A stretch of 64,000 nt of DNA from Lingula anatina (Eukaryota > Animalia > Brachiopoda): the NCBI GenBank assembly GCA_051362555.1, contig CM120648.1, positions 3,778,587 through 3,842,586 of the forward strand, in the 5' to 3' direction. The first letter of the stretch is position 1, and every line of letters starts with the position of its first letter. A model generated the notes under the pieces. It had not been told where the DNA came from and did not search any database. It saw nothing but the letters and a program-made list of their open reading frames with translations. Made by a program: the position numbers and the translations under genes. Of the stretch, positions 48,811 through 60,271 are shown in pieces.

Positions 48811-51327
48811 GTAGACCGCTTCTCCTATTTTTTAAATAGTGTCATAGTTGATAAACGGTATAAACTTTTGGTCCTTTTTTGCTCAGGATTCCCAGTTCTA
48901 TCACAATGACATCTGATCCAATGGCGCATTCACAACCAGTTGATCCGCGGACTAAGACATCCGAGGATCAAAATATGGCCGCTCTACTTGAAAGCTTAAC
49001 TCCTTAATAGACACTGAATAGATTCGATCGCGCCAGGGATCACGCGACAGACCTTCAAGTGGATCAACTTTGATTGTGAATGCGGTCAGTGGCTCCTCTA
49101 GCACAATGGATTGCTTCTGTCGTGTTTTCACTTGATGCCCTTCAAGAATATAATATGTGTAGACCCAGTTATATATTATATTGTACACAATGAAATTATA
49201 GAAAATATTAAAATAGTTAACATTTTGAGGGAGCAACAAATCAATGAAACGCAACCTGTACTTTGAATTGGTAAGAAAAGGGCAATTTATTTAAAATTAT
49301 TATTCACTTCGAATAATTTAGTACGTTTTGATATCTATGATTTGGGTTTCGTTTGAATGGCTGTGCGAAAATGATGAAAGTGAAATATTGTTTCCATTAA
49401 TAAATAGAATAGGATGATATCTTTAAATTTTAACAAAATCCTCTAACACATCTATCTCTGAGTAAGTTGCAATGTCTTTGTAGGAAAGAAAAGCAGTTTT
49501 GATGATTTCATTCTCTGATATTTTTTTCATGAAAAATGATAACCTATGCTATAACTGTAAACAGACTATACGAAAAGCTAAAGTATGGCACCGTGATAGG
49601 TGTTGATTTTTTCATCATTTATTGGAAACCCGCATATCCTTGTTCTCTGTCATGTTGTGGAATCGACCGTTTAAATTATGAAACGCAGTGAATCATACAG
49701 CTAGGTATCTGTGTCGTTAGATTAAATAGGCCTGTCTTCAAGCTGGTCCATGTGTCCTTAATTGTCTTAAAACTGAATGGCAAAACACTGAGAAGACAAA
49801 AGTCGTTTGGGAAGCTTACATCTTCTGGTTTAAATTAATTAAATTTAGGCAATGAAAAACAAGCATCTAGAGACAGATGTATTCCCGAACCATTTATTAA
49901 TTGTGACTTTTGTTACCAGAATTGATATGAATATTGTTGTTGTTGTTGTTGTTGCGGCTGTTATTGCATATTGACGTACACCTTAGGACAGGCAGGTGGG
50001 GAAGACTTTCGTGAACATTCTCGAGTGGCAAACTGAATTCAATAATGCTGTTGTGGATCTTAGAATTAAATGATTATAATCAAAATGCAGCTGACTTGAG
50101 TGGTGAGAGACGCTGTGCACTTAATCGACCTTATCGGCCTGGCTGACCTGTGTCTTCACTTCGCCGACCTAGCTGTGTGTACAGCATTTGTCACCATGCA
50201 ATAAGCTGATTAAAATTTGGAAAAATGCCCAGTAAAATTATACTGTCTTTTCGCGTGTTTCTATCCACAACTAATGTTGTTCTATATTTTAAATATATAT
50301 TGCCGAAGGCCTCAGTATGCACGTAAAACAACTGTGTAGATTTACACAAGTGACCCGCTTCAATGGAAGCCGATCTCGCTTGTACAGCGCAAGTAATTTC
50401 CTGCCAAGTAACGTATTCAACAAAATGTTTCCATTTTCCCACACCAAGAAGGCGTATCTAAACACACATTGCATCGGAAATACATAGGAAAAGAAAGTAA
50501 CACAAAAATGCACGTTGTAGATACAGAAGGACATTCGAAACCTCTGTCTATACATGTTTGTTCAATCTGAGTCCGTGCCCTCAGTTAAAACTAAGGTTGT
50601 TCGTGACTAAATCACTGTTCAAACTATACTTATTTATTGCAATAATATATGAATCAATATCATCCAAGGTAAAGGTATAATTAACACTATTAATGCCCCG
50701 ATTGCTTAAACGTTGGCTTTAAAAGACTATCAATGCCATATTTTGGCTAAGTTGAGAAAGAGATGGCAAATTGAAAATCAACATTTAAAAAATATCATGA
50801 TGTTGTGTATATAATCCCACAGATATTTAAAAAGAAGGGGTAATTCCAATGCACAGTCGAGGGTTGATTGTGAGTTCGCTTTGCTCTAACCAGCAAAGGG
50901 CATCCCCGTAGCAGACCCTTGTTTTGTTCCAGGCGCTTTCTTTCTTTTAGACTGCTTTTTACTGCTTCCTGTTTGCACTCACATTGTAAAGGGACCGAAA
51001 ATAAATGCGTCCAATGCAGTAACTGACCTTGTAACTTGGTACAATGACATTACCATCGTTAATTGTTCTCAAATCAATGCCAGAACTATTCCAATTATAA
51101 AACCGCGTCATCTGGAACGCAAACAGTTGTATCAATAATGAAGCATTTAGGTTAATGATGCTAGTCTTCTGTCAAGGTTATGTGGTTGGTGTTCAAGACA
51201 TGGAGGTGAATCACAGGCCCGACACCTTCACTAAGACGTTGTCTTTTCCCCTCATGCCCAGCTACTCCTCTTCCATCGATTTAAAAAACCACACCCAAAC
51301 ACGCTTGGGATTTACAGGGTACACGTA

Positions 51328-51768
51328 CACACATTGGACAATAGAAGTGCCACCCCCTGTATCAGAGTAATCAAAGTTATAATGCCTAGTCTACTTATAA
51401 TGTGACTAATGAGTATAAAACCTCTGTACCATGGAATTAATTGTTTTGTTGGTCTTTTTATGTTTAATGTTAATAAAGGCCCCTTTACACTGGATAGCGG
51501 CCTTTGTGCGACCATGAAACTGGCAACGCTGTGGTCTTAGAAAGGAGGCACAATCATCGCTTTTGATACAGAATGAATGGTCAAGATCGGCCAGTTGTCG
51601 GCACGTGAAATATCATATTTTATTTTACTTTCAAACGGGGCCGTACTGCAGGACGCAGAAAGGACGCCGTCCAGTGTAAAGAGGGCTTAAAATGATACCA
51701 GGAGCATATCCTTCCACAGTCATTTATCTCCCGCAAAGTATTGGTTCAGTAGTATTGTCCATTGTGTG
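51328..51768 (+). mobile_element. Internally deleted derivative of the 45883-47300 Tc1 family
   Basis: 51328-51460 matches the reverse complement of ~47155-47300 (ataatgcct.gtctacttataatgtgactaatgagtataaaa). 51692-51768 matches the reverse complement of ~45883-45971 (atgataccaggagcatatc.ttccacagtcatttatctcc). TA flanks. Confidence 0.85.
51477..51687. mobile_element. MITE, PIF/Harbinger-like (copy 2), nested in the Tc1 derivative
   Basis: Homologous over its length to 18715-18937, with TAA on both sides. Confidence 0.85.
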
Positions 51769-52195
51769 TAGGTCTTTGTTCGGTATCTCCATGTGGTCAT
51801 TACCCCTCTCTGTCCGCATTTCGATAATGTTACGATTTATGTTCTAAATATGCTGTTCTTTGATACGAATTATCAACAAAAAAGCTTGATTAAATTGCAA
51901 AATATTTATTTGCTCGAGAATTGTTTAGAGCTGAAAAAGCAAAAAATGTTCAATCTTCTGATTGTTACAAATTGCAATTTTACGTGTACGAAACGTTTAC
52001 CTCCGCCGTTCATTAAGTATTAAAAACTGTAACGCAAACTGTTGGTGACACGCCTTCTTGAGTTAAACACATAAATTACGGTGATTTAGGGCTGATTTTC
52101 AGTTGAGAAGGTTCGAAGGGAAGACTTCATTCAACAGCTTATCTACGAGACCAAGATATCGGTGCCATTGTCGCTTCAGAGTTCCAGTATCAAAT

Positions 52196-53026
52196 ATGAA
52201 GACCGCTATTGTCTTACTCCTGGTTTGCCTTACAGTAGCAGGTAAGTTAAATGTAGCGATCGTCGTTGAATTGAAAAACCAATTTACCATTATAATTATT
52301 ATCGTTATTATCATTATTATAATTATTGGACTTTTAAGTCTGCAACAGTTAATTAGCATTCACGGAATACGTAGGCTCAAACAGCTTTGAGTATTCAAAT
52401 ATGAGTAGGTTCATATATTGTACAAATGTACGGCATAAATTTTATCTGTGAAATAATGTGAAATTATGTACTTATGGAAATTTTTCTTATAATGTGTGAA
52501 CCCAAATCTGTCAAGCACTCAATAATTGCTGTTTCACGCTCGGGATAGTAACTTTTATTGCCCATAACTAAATAGTCAATTAACTTATAAATTGGGTAAA
52601 TACTAATAGTATCTTTCCTTAGAAGTAAATCAACATAAATTTGCTGCATTTTTTAACGTTTGCTGAGTTTTTTACTTACTTGTTTTTTTTCTTTTGGGAC
52701 TATTGTTTTTAATATTTTTTAATTCTTATATTCATTATTTTTTATACTAGTAAATCATTTCACTTTTGGATTTAAATTCAACGGCTACCTCGTATATACA
52801 TATTTTTTCAGTTTCTGCTATTCATATTTGAATAAGTGTTACACAAATGCGTTTTACTTCAGCCTTTGCCAAACCCGGTAGAAAGATACGCAGTCACGGC
52901 GAAAGTACCCACAGTACTCAGTCGCCGACTTCTGCTCCGAGCACGCCGTCACCAACTTCTGCTCCGAGCACGCCGTCACCAACTTCTGGTCCAAGCACGG
53001 ACACCCCTGACGATGACGAACAATAG
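52196..53026 (+). CDS. Small secreted Ser/Thr/Pro-repeat peptide precursor, copy 6 (divergent member, 69 aa)
   Basis: Exons 52196-52241 and 52863-53026 (phase 1): MKTAIVLLLVCLTVAAFAKPGRKIRSHGESTHSTQSPTSAPSTPSPTSAPSTPSPTSGPSTDTPDDDEQ*. Furin-type RKIR site and 27-bp coding repeats. Confidence 0.82.
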
Positions 53027-53374
53027 AAATCTTTTTCTTCTTTCTATTTTGTTTCGAAATCAGAGAATTTGAAAAAAAAGCTAGATTCGCAATACAATTA
53101 ACAATTATGAGAAAAGTGATAACAAGACTATAAAGACAGAATATGTGAGACGTTCTTTCCCATTTTGATGTTTTGCATTACATTTATTCTAAAATCAAAA
53201 AGTTGTCGATTACACCTGTAATACAAATCTACTAAAACATTCAGAGATATTTGATTCTTTAATGAAAGTGCAGTATTACATGATGCACACATGAAAATGA
53301 CGGCATCCATCGTTGTCGTATTTCACACTGTAAGTTAACAAGATAGAAATAATGTTTTAACACCGCTTGATTAG

Positions 53375-53411
<37 letters not shown>

Positions 53412-54399
53412 GATTAATGATTCGATGTCGAATATTATGAACTATCAATTCTGCTTAAAAACTGGTTTTATTTTTAGTGAGTTGGCATTAGTTAAGTGTC
53501 AAGCTGCTGCTTGTTGTGTAATCTAAATGTTATGGAAATTCTACTGGACCCTAGGGAAGAGCTGTTGGTAGCAGGTTTTCAAAATTAGGCAATTCTACGA
53601 GATTCAGAACAGGACAGCGTCGTCCTGAGTCAACACTAATGTTATCTGTAGTTCAATGTCCAACTGAATACCTTGATTTTCTGCATGTTTCTATCTTATG
53701 AAAATTCAATAAATGTTGCACTTTCTTGCATTCTGTACTGAATCGTTTTAAGACCTGTAGATGGATTGAGGCAAGCCGGAGAGAGTCTCAAGTGTTGAAG
53801 AAATTGGGGAAATTTCAGTTTTTTCTATCAAGTTCAGAGATATATGCAAAGTTGTGCAGTTTATGCTTGTGCAATTTCGGGGCGATGGGCACGGTCTTTG
53901 GACGAGCTGCTGTCATATACAAGTGGTTTTGAAAACGGGACAAATATGTATTATGGCCATTTTCCACGATGGTTGCCAAAAGCATATCTGACCCTGTAAG
54001 ACGTCCATGCAACCAAGTGTGCCATTACAATAGAAATTTCACGTACTGACAAAAGAAATTAATGATTCTGAACAGGTTTCATCAGATATTAAGTATGGTT
54101 GAACGTGTGTTTAACTTCTTAGATAAGATTAAAATATTGAGTGGGTTATGAAGGTACCCGATAAACAAAAGCGCTTAAGTATGTTCTACACAACATAATT
54201 GGCATTTTCTTACAGAGATATTCTTTGACAGAAATAAGGCGCAAATAAGCTTGTACGTTTGATCGATAAAAGAAAGAATATAACAATTTAAGCTATATTT
54301 ACTTGCTACTGTAGAAACGCGGGTGTTTCAAATAAATTATTCATTAGGCATTATTTTGAACTTATATTCATGCAAGTCACGATTCACAACAACTATAAT

Positions 54400-54448
<49 letters not shown>

Positions 54449-55356
54449 TATATAAAGGGAGCTGTCAGAACAACTTCAACAAAACTCCGTATAGTTTCAA
54501 CTCTCAGAAGTAAAAGTAAATAATCTCGAGCTCTAACTATCAGTCATGTGATCCCCGTCTACAACACAGGGCAGAAGAGAAGACAGGTCCATGAAGGATT
54601 ATTCCAGAAAACAGACATTCAATTGCAAACGTTTGCAATTAAGGCGCCCACAAGACATCCAAAAATACCAGTTATGTTCATTAACATATTTGTTACTTTA
54701 ATGCAGAATCCGTTAAACGAAGGTTGATAAATTGATCGAAATGAATAAGCCCACCTAAATTTTGTCGTCAATTGTTCAGGCGCATTGCTACTACATGTAA
54801 GCGAAAGTGGATTTATAATCTGTCCATTACGATTTCATAAGAGAAAAATGCCAACAGGCTTACGCAGGAAAACATGTGCTGACAACTTTCAGCATAATAA
54901 GGAATGTTTTCAGAGAATGTACTTAATGTCTGGTAGACTAGTCTGGTACGTGATACATGTATCTTCTAACTTAAATTGATTGAGGGGATCGCGTTGATAG
55001 AGTATTAATGTGAAGACTGTTTCTGATGAATAACCGTGTCATTGTACAAATATGTCCCCAAACAAGAGAAATCCAAAGGTCCACTTATTCCCTGAGGTTG
55101 TATATTTGCATGTAATCTACCCAATTAACTTCATTTTTTATTTGTTCATGTATCTTGGTCAATCCGTCAAATGTAGTTTGATTGATTCGCAACGTTTTTA
55201 ATGAACCAGGCTCTGTTATTACCCATCACCGGAGGAAGTTTCACCCACAGAAACCAGATTCCTAAAAGCCTGATGCAATTAGCTTCGTCAATTAGTAGTG
55301 CTTTATTATCAATAATACGGTTTTACCGGACACGGGGATAGATAATTAAATCGTTA

Positions 55357-55506
55357 TTATATAAAAGACCAACACGACAGTGCTTTGGGAAGTAGTTTCA
55401 GCTATCACACTAGAGCTAGTGGCAGGATTAAAAACACATCGGAGCGTTTTTATTCGCGTGAAACATTCACAACGGACTGTAAAGTGTAATTGAGAGTTTA
55501 AAGCAG
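55357..55506 (+). promoter_or_regulatory. TATA box and probable non-coding first exon of the GPCR gene
   Basis: ttatataaaag at ~55357, donor aagcag|gtgggt at 55506, and acceptor ttttcag at 55782 just before the Kozak-like accATGg. Confidence 0.5.
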
Positions 55507-55793
55507 GTGGGTTCCTACCCATTGTAGATGTTCATGTTTATCAGTTGCTCTAGGAAAAAACTAACGTTGCTATAAAATGGCTATCGCTTTGTACAATTTG
55601 GGATAGGTGTGATAGTGATTTTTCTGGGAAGTAAATGCAAGAAAAGTGTTTTCTTCACGACAGATATATCGACACTTTAGATATATTATAGGCAATTTTG
55701 TCTTTCCATGTAAAGTAACAAGGGCCAAATTAAAAAATGATAATAATAATATTTTGGATGACTTAATTAAAGGATTTTTCAGACTTGTACACC

Positions 55794-58700
55794 ATGGAGG
55801 CATGGGTCTTTTGCACCATTCTTGTCGTTGTCAGCACTGTTGATGGGTTTAGTGCCATTAGTTCAGGTACGTAGATATTAGTAATGGTTATCAACACACC
55901 TTCACACTGCGTTGATGTTGTAATTTTGCTTAGATTATTTAAGGAACGCTTATCTGTCAAATTTGTCAAAATTTAGAAGATGACATGATAAACGCGTGCA
56001 CGGCTATGCGTGCGTGTTGACTTAATGTGCATCTGTAAAGAGTAGTATTTCAATGCCTTCAAATTAAAAAAAAAACACCATCTACATAGTTCCTTTTACT
56101 AGACATAATTTTCTTAAGATCGTTATAAAATCATTCAATACTCCAGCTTATTAACAGTGTTTAAAACGTTAATTGTTATATATTTTATTATCATATCATT
56201 GCTTTTGATTTATTTTAATTTCGAAGAAAAATTATAAATACCATAAGGTTTTTATCAATTCCAACACTGTCTCTGAAACAGGACAGTTGCCCGAAGGACC
56301 ACTAAATGAAATGACACCCAACCACAACGTGCAGGACTTAGATGATGACGACATTCTGAACTCATCCCATCCACCATCAGCTTTAAACGAGACAACACCT
56401 TCACCAGAGAGCCTTCAAAGAGGTCCCAGTCCCGTGTCAACAGCGGTCCGGTCTGGTGCAATCGCAATCACTTCTCCATTCAACCAATCGGAAAGTCAAC
56501 ATTCGGGACCTGATATGCATGTTGGGGGAAGCCATGTTCCAAATGGCTCTTTTGACCCGTTGCCCAGCGACCCGTATAGCACCAAAGGTACAGGAACCAC
56601 TCCGTTATCGAGCGTTAATGTAAACGGCAAAACTGAATATTACTGTCAGCCAGGATCGATTCCTTCCCTCAATGGCCAGCCAGAGCCTAAGTGGTCTTGC
56701 AAAAACCGTTGCACTGATGTAGCCAAGTTCGGCGCAAAGGCGAATGAACACCTGTGCTCCTGCGACGACCTTTGTCATATGTATGGGGACTGCTGTATAG
56801 ATTTCGACCGTCACTGCTCTGAACTGTTGCAACCGTCGTTTGATGTGGGGGACCCTATGTGCGTGGACCGTAGACTGCTGTTTGGTGCGAAATGTGCAGA
56901 GGACTACCACGTGGGGACAGTGATAGAGGCTTGCTTATCTCCCAGCGAGAACAGCACAGATCTAACTTACAGGATCCCCGTTTACGACAACCGCACCGGG
57001 TTGCACTTCAAGAATGTTTTCTGTGCCGTGTGTAACCGTGCAAATAACGTGACGTTCTGGACGACCTCTTTCGAGTGCACAAACCGCACGGATATCAGGG
57101 CCAATCTTTCAAGACATAATTTTGCAGACGACTTACTGTCCCTCTGCCATCTCAGCGTCCGTTCCCCGCCGCCTTTCCCTGAGCGTCCGTGCTATGACCA
57201 AGCCAAGGGAACGTGTTCGTCAGCGTGCTCCTCAAACCCGGATCTTGTCGAAAACTGTCGGAAGTACACGAGACTCGTGAAGGACACACAACTTTCCCTG
57301 ACCCCCAGTGAATACATATACAACAACCCGTATTGCGCTATGTGCAATGGGGCGCAATATGAATACATCCGTGAATGGCCTAAATCAAAGGACGAGCTAT
57401 CTGCATTTGCTGAGGGGAGCATTATTCCAGGCTTTTCCTATACAATCTTAATGGATTTCAGTCCCAAGGGTGGACTTCATGTAGGGGTCGTTGAAGTCGA
57501 TCTTAAAACCCAGACGCGCGAGGACAAGGGGACGTTTTCCTGTGACGTCAATACCGCCGTGACCTTGACCGCAAAAGGTGATGAACGCTGTCTGGCCTTG
57601 CAGTGCCCCAGGGAGTACGAGCTACGAGACAGGGATTGTGTGCCAAAGGCACGTCTGATTCGGATCAACGTGATATTTCTTGGAATAATCACGAGACCCC
57701 CATCTTCTACCTTCGATATGGAAGTTAGCGAAATGTTAGAGAAAATAGGAAGTCGACTGCAAAAGGTGATTGAAACTAGAATTGATGTCTATGGCAACGT
57801 GTCTTGGGTCTATGGAGATGACGACACTGGAAAAAGGGCATTCGAAGACATACCGTTCTCGATGTCATGTTCATTCCACGTGATGACACCGGATACTGGA
57901 AAAGACAAATTTTGCATTCAAATTCAAACCAATGGTAGCGTGCTTATGAACATTTATCTGGCAGCTAGCTCCGAGAATGCTAATCTCTTTGAAAACACAT
58001 CTCTTGATAACGTCAGTATTAATTGCACTGAAATTTACACCGACGCCGGAAACAAAGCACAAAATGATTTGAGTCAGGATGAAATGTGTCCAAAACTTTC
58101 ACTAGATAACTCTGATTTTGCTCTTTGGCAGAACGGTTCTGCACTTTTATCAAACGGCTTGGTCTTACAGCCAGACGAATTTGTAGTAGAAAACAGCAGC
58201 TTGCTATTCTGTGCTGAAAAGCTTTTAAAATACAATCAAGGGACGCACCACCATGTAAATGGGACGTCATACAGAGGTCGGATTACTACAGAAAAGGGGA
58301 TTCTTACCATCGTTTGTTTATGTGTATCCATGGCGAGTCTCCTTGGTAGAATTTGCTTGCAAGGAGTTGTGAAAACATTCCAAACTTTTCCAGGAAAACT
58401 TCAGTTTTGTCTCAGCCTGGCGATGTTCTTGTCCAAACTTTCGTTCCTCCTAGGTCCACCCTTAGTGGGTATTTATGAAGCGTGCGTCCCAATTGCCCTC
58501 CTGCTTCACTGGTCGACCTTGACCTCATTTTTCTGGATGAATGTCATCGCTATCGATATGTGGAGGCGTTTCCATGGCCAATCCTTAACATCCATAAATG
58601 GTCGAAGTCATAATGGTTTCAGGGCTGCTATATACGGAATTTACGCCCTTGGAATGCCTACTCTCATTGTAGTCTCGAGCGTGGTCTTTGATTTTGCCGA

Positions 58701-59271
58701 CCTTGGCTTAGACAGCACTTTCCGTCCTGGTTTTGGATTGGGCCCGTGCTGGTTCACGCAAAAATACCCTTTAATCCTGTTTTTCGTTGCCCCTCTGGCT
58801 GTTATCATTGTAGTCAATGTCATCCTATATGTCTTGTGCTCCATATCGATATACAGTGCCATTAAAGATTCATCTAAAAAACTGAATAAGAATTCCTCGG
58901 GCCACAACTTCTGTATGTATGTGAAGCTGTTAGCTTTGACCGGCTCCACTTGGGCGCTAGGTCTTATTGCTGGAGGAACCCAAAACGAAATAGCCGAATA
59001 CTTTTTCGCGGTATTGGCTGCATCGGACGGCTTCTTCGTCTTCTTGTCAACTGTCTGCACAAGGCTTGTTATCAGAGATCTGAAGAAGGTATATTGCCGA
59101 CGTCTGAGTCAACGTGAGAGACGCAGAGGTGAAAACTGCGAAAGTCGTATGAGTCAATCGACTGATGGCGTTACATTGAGCACAAACCATAACCATTCAC
59201 ATGCCTCCAACACCAGCGTTCATGAAAAAGGCACCGAAACTGAAGTTAGCATTGCAACATCTCGCATCTAA
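55794..59271 (+). CDS. Somatomedin-B-domain, Cys-rich Methuselah/secretin-like (family B-type) GPCR, 1020 aa
   Basis: Signal-peptide exon 55794-55866 (MEAWVFCTILVVVSTVDGFS...) spliced in phase 1 to 56282-59271. SMB domain SCKNRC...CSCDDLCHMYGDCCIDFDRHC; FKNVFCAVCN and YNNPYCAMCN Cys blocks; seven hydrophobic segments with SFFWMNVIAIDMW, CWF and KLLALTGSTW. No GPS motif is visible. Confidence 0.9.
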
Positions 59272-60271
59272 AATGAAATTATAAGTACTGGAAAAGACTT
59301 ATGTGTGCGATTTGCCATCACTCACAGTCATTGTTCGTAGATGCTTAAATGCCTGCAGACCGCCACACACACGCCTACAGTCTAGCAACACGATCGCGGT
59401 GGCGACACAAGTTAGAAGAGAGATATGTTTTGTTGTGACTTGAGGAAATGAAGACGGCAAGTGAATCCAACCTCATATTCCACCTGTTTGTACTGGTATT
59501 ATTTGTGAGCTTTACGCCCATATAAATATATATTGCAGTGTAATTATACGTCTATCCATATTTTTATTTTCATCTGTACAGGAACAAACAAAATTTTGAA
59601 AGGATATTCCTACACTGTATGGCGCTTGATAATTTAACTTATTACAGCTTACATCATGACAATAAAGATATGTAGTGGAATATATTGTTCGTATGCTAGC
59701 TTTTGGCGCCTCGTACAGCAGTTAGGCTCTACCTCTCTCACCGGGAAGTTACGTCAACACCCAGAGCATGTACACCAAAGTTAGATGGACCGAATACAGT
59801 GGTGCCACCTATTGTCGGTATTGTTAAGTGCGCTGTGACGCAGTGGAGTGCTGTACACAGGAACCAAACTTTACTTTTAAATATAAAATTTTGTGAATGC
59901 AAGTTTTTTTCTGAAAATGTTCAAATAATGATGTACTGCTAATTGGGTAAGGTAATACGACTAGTTAAAGAAAAAGGCTTTTGCGCTAATTCAAATAAGG
60001 ACGAGAAATTCGAAAGTTTTGGGATCCTTGTGCAAAACAGAATATATATATATGGTGTATACGAGGGGCCTGAGAGGTCTGATAATAATATGACAACCTT
60101 CTGAGCAGACGTTCCTTTTTTGGCCAAAGTCAGATGCTACCAGCAAGAAATCAAAAAAGGTTCAAAACCGACCAGTATCCAACAGACAAAAAATCAAAGC
60201 TTTCAAAAAGAAAAAGCCCCTTCCAACCGGCTAATTTCGGTCGTAGATTTTACCTGGTTCGGTGTTTGTTA

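Noticed and set aside
48900-51300. Scattered GC-richer patches (also ~53750-54030) that might be exons or old repeats
   Set aside because: I could not establish an ORF, TIR pair or second copy by eye.
32080-53026. Calling the peptides conotoxin-like, classical neuropeptides or SCPP orthologs
   Set aside because: There is no Cys framework and no repeated GKR amidation cassette. The introns are phase 1, whereas SCPP introns are phase 0. The resemblance is architectural only.
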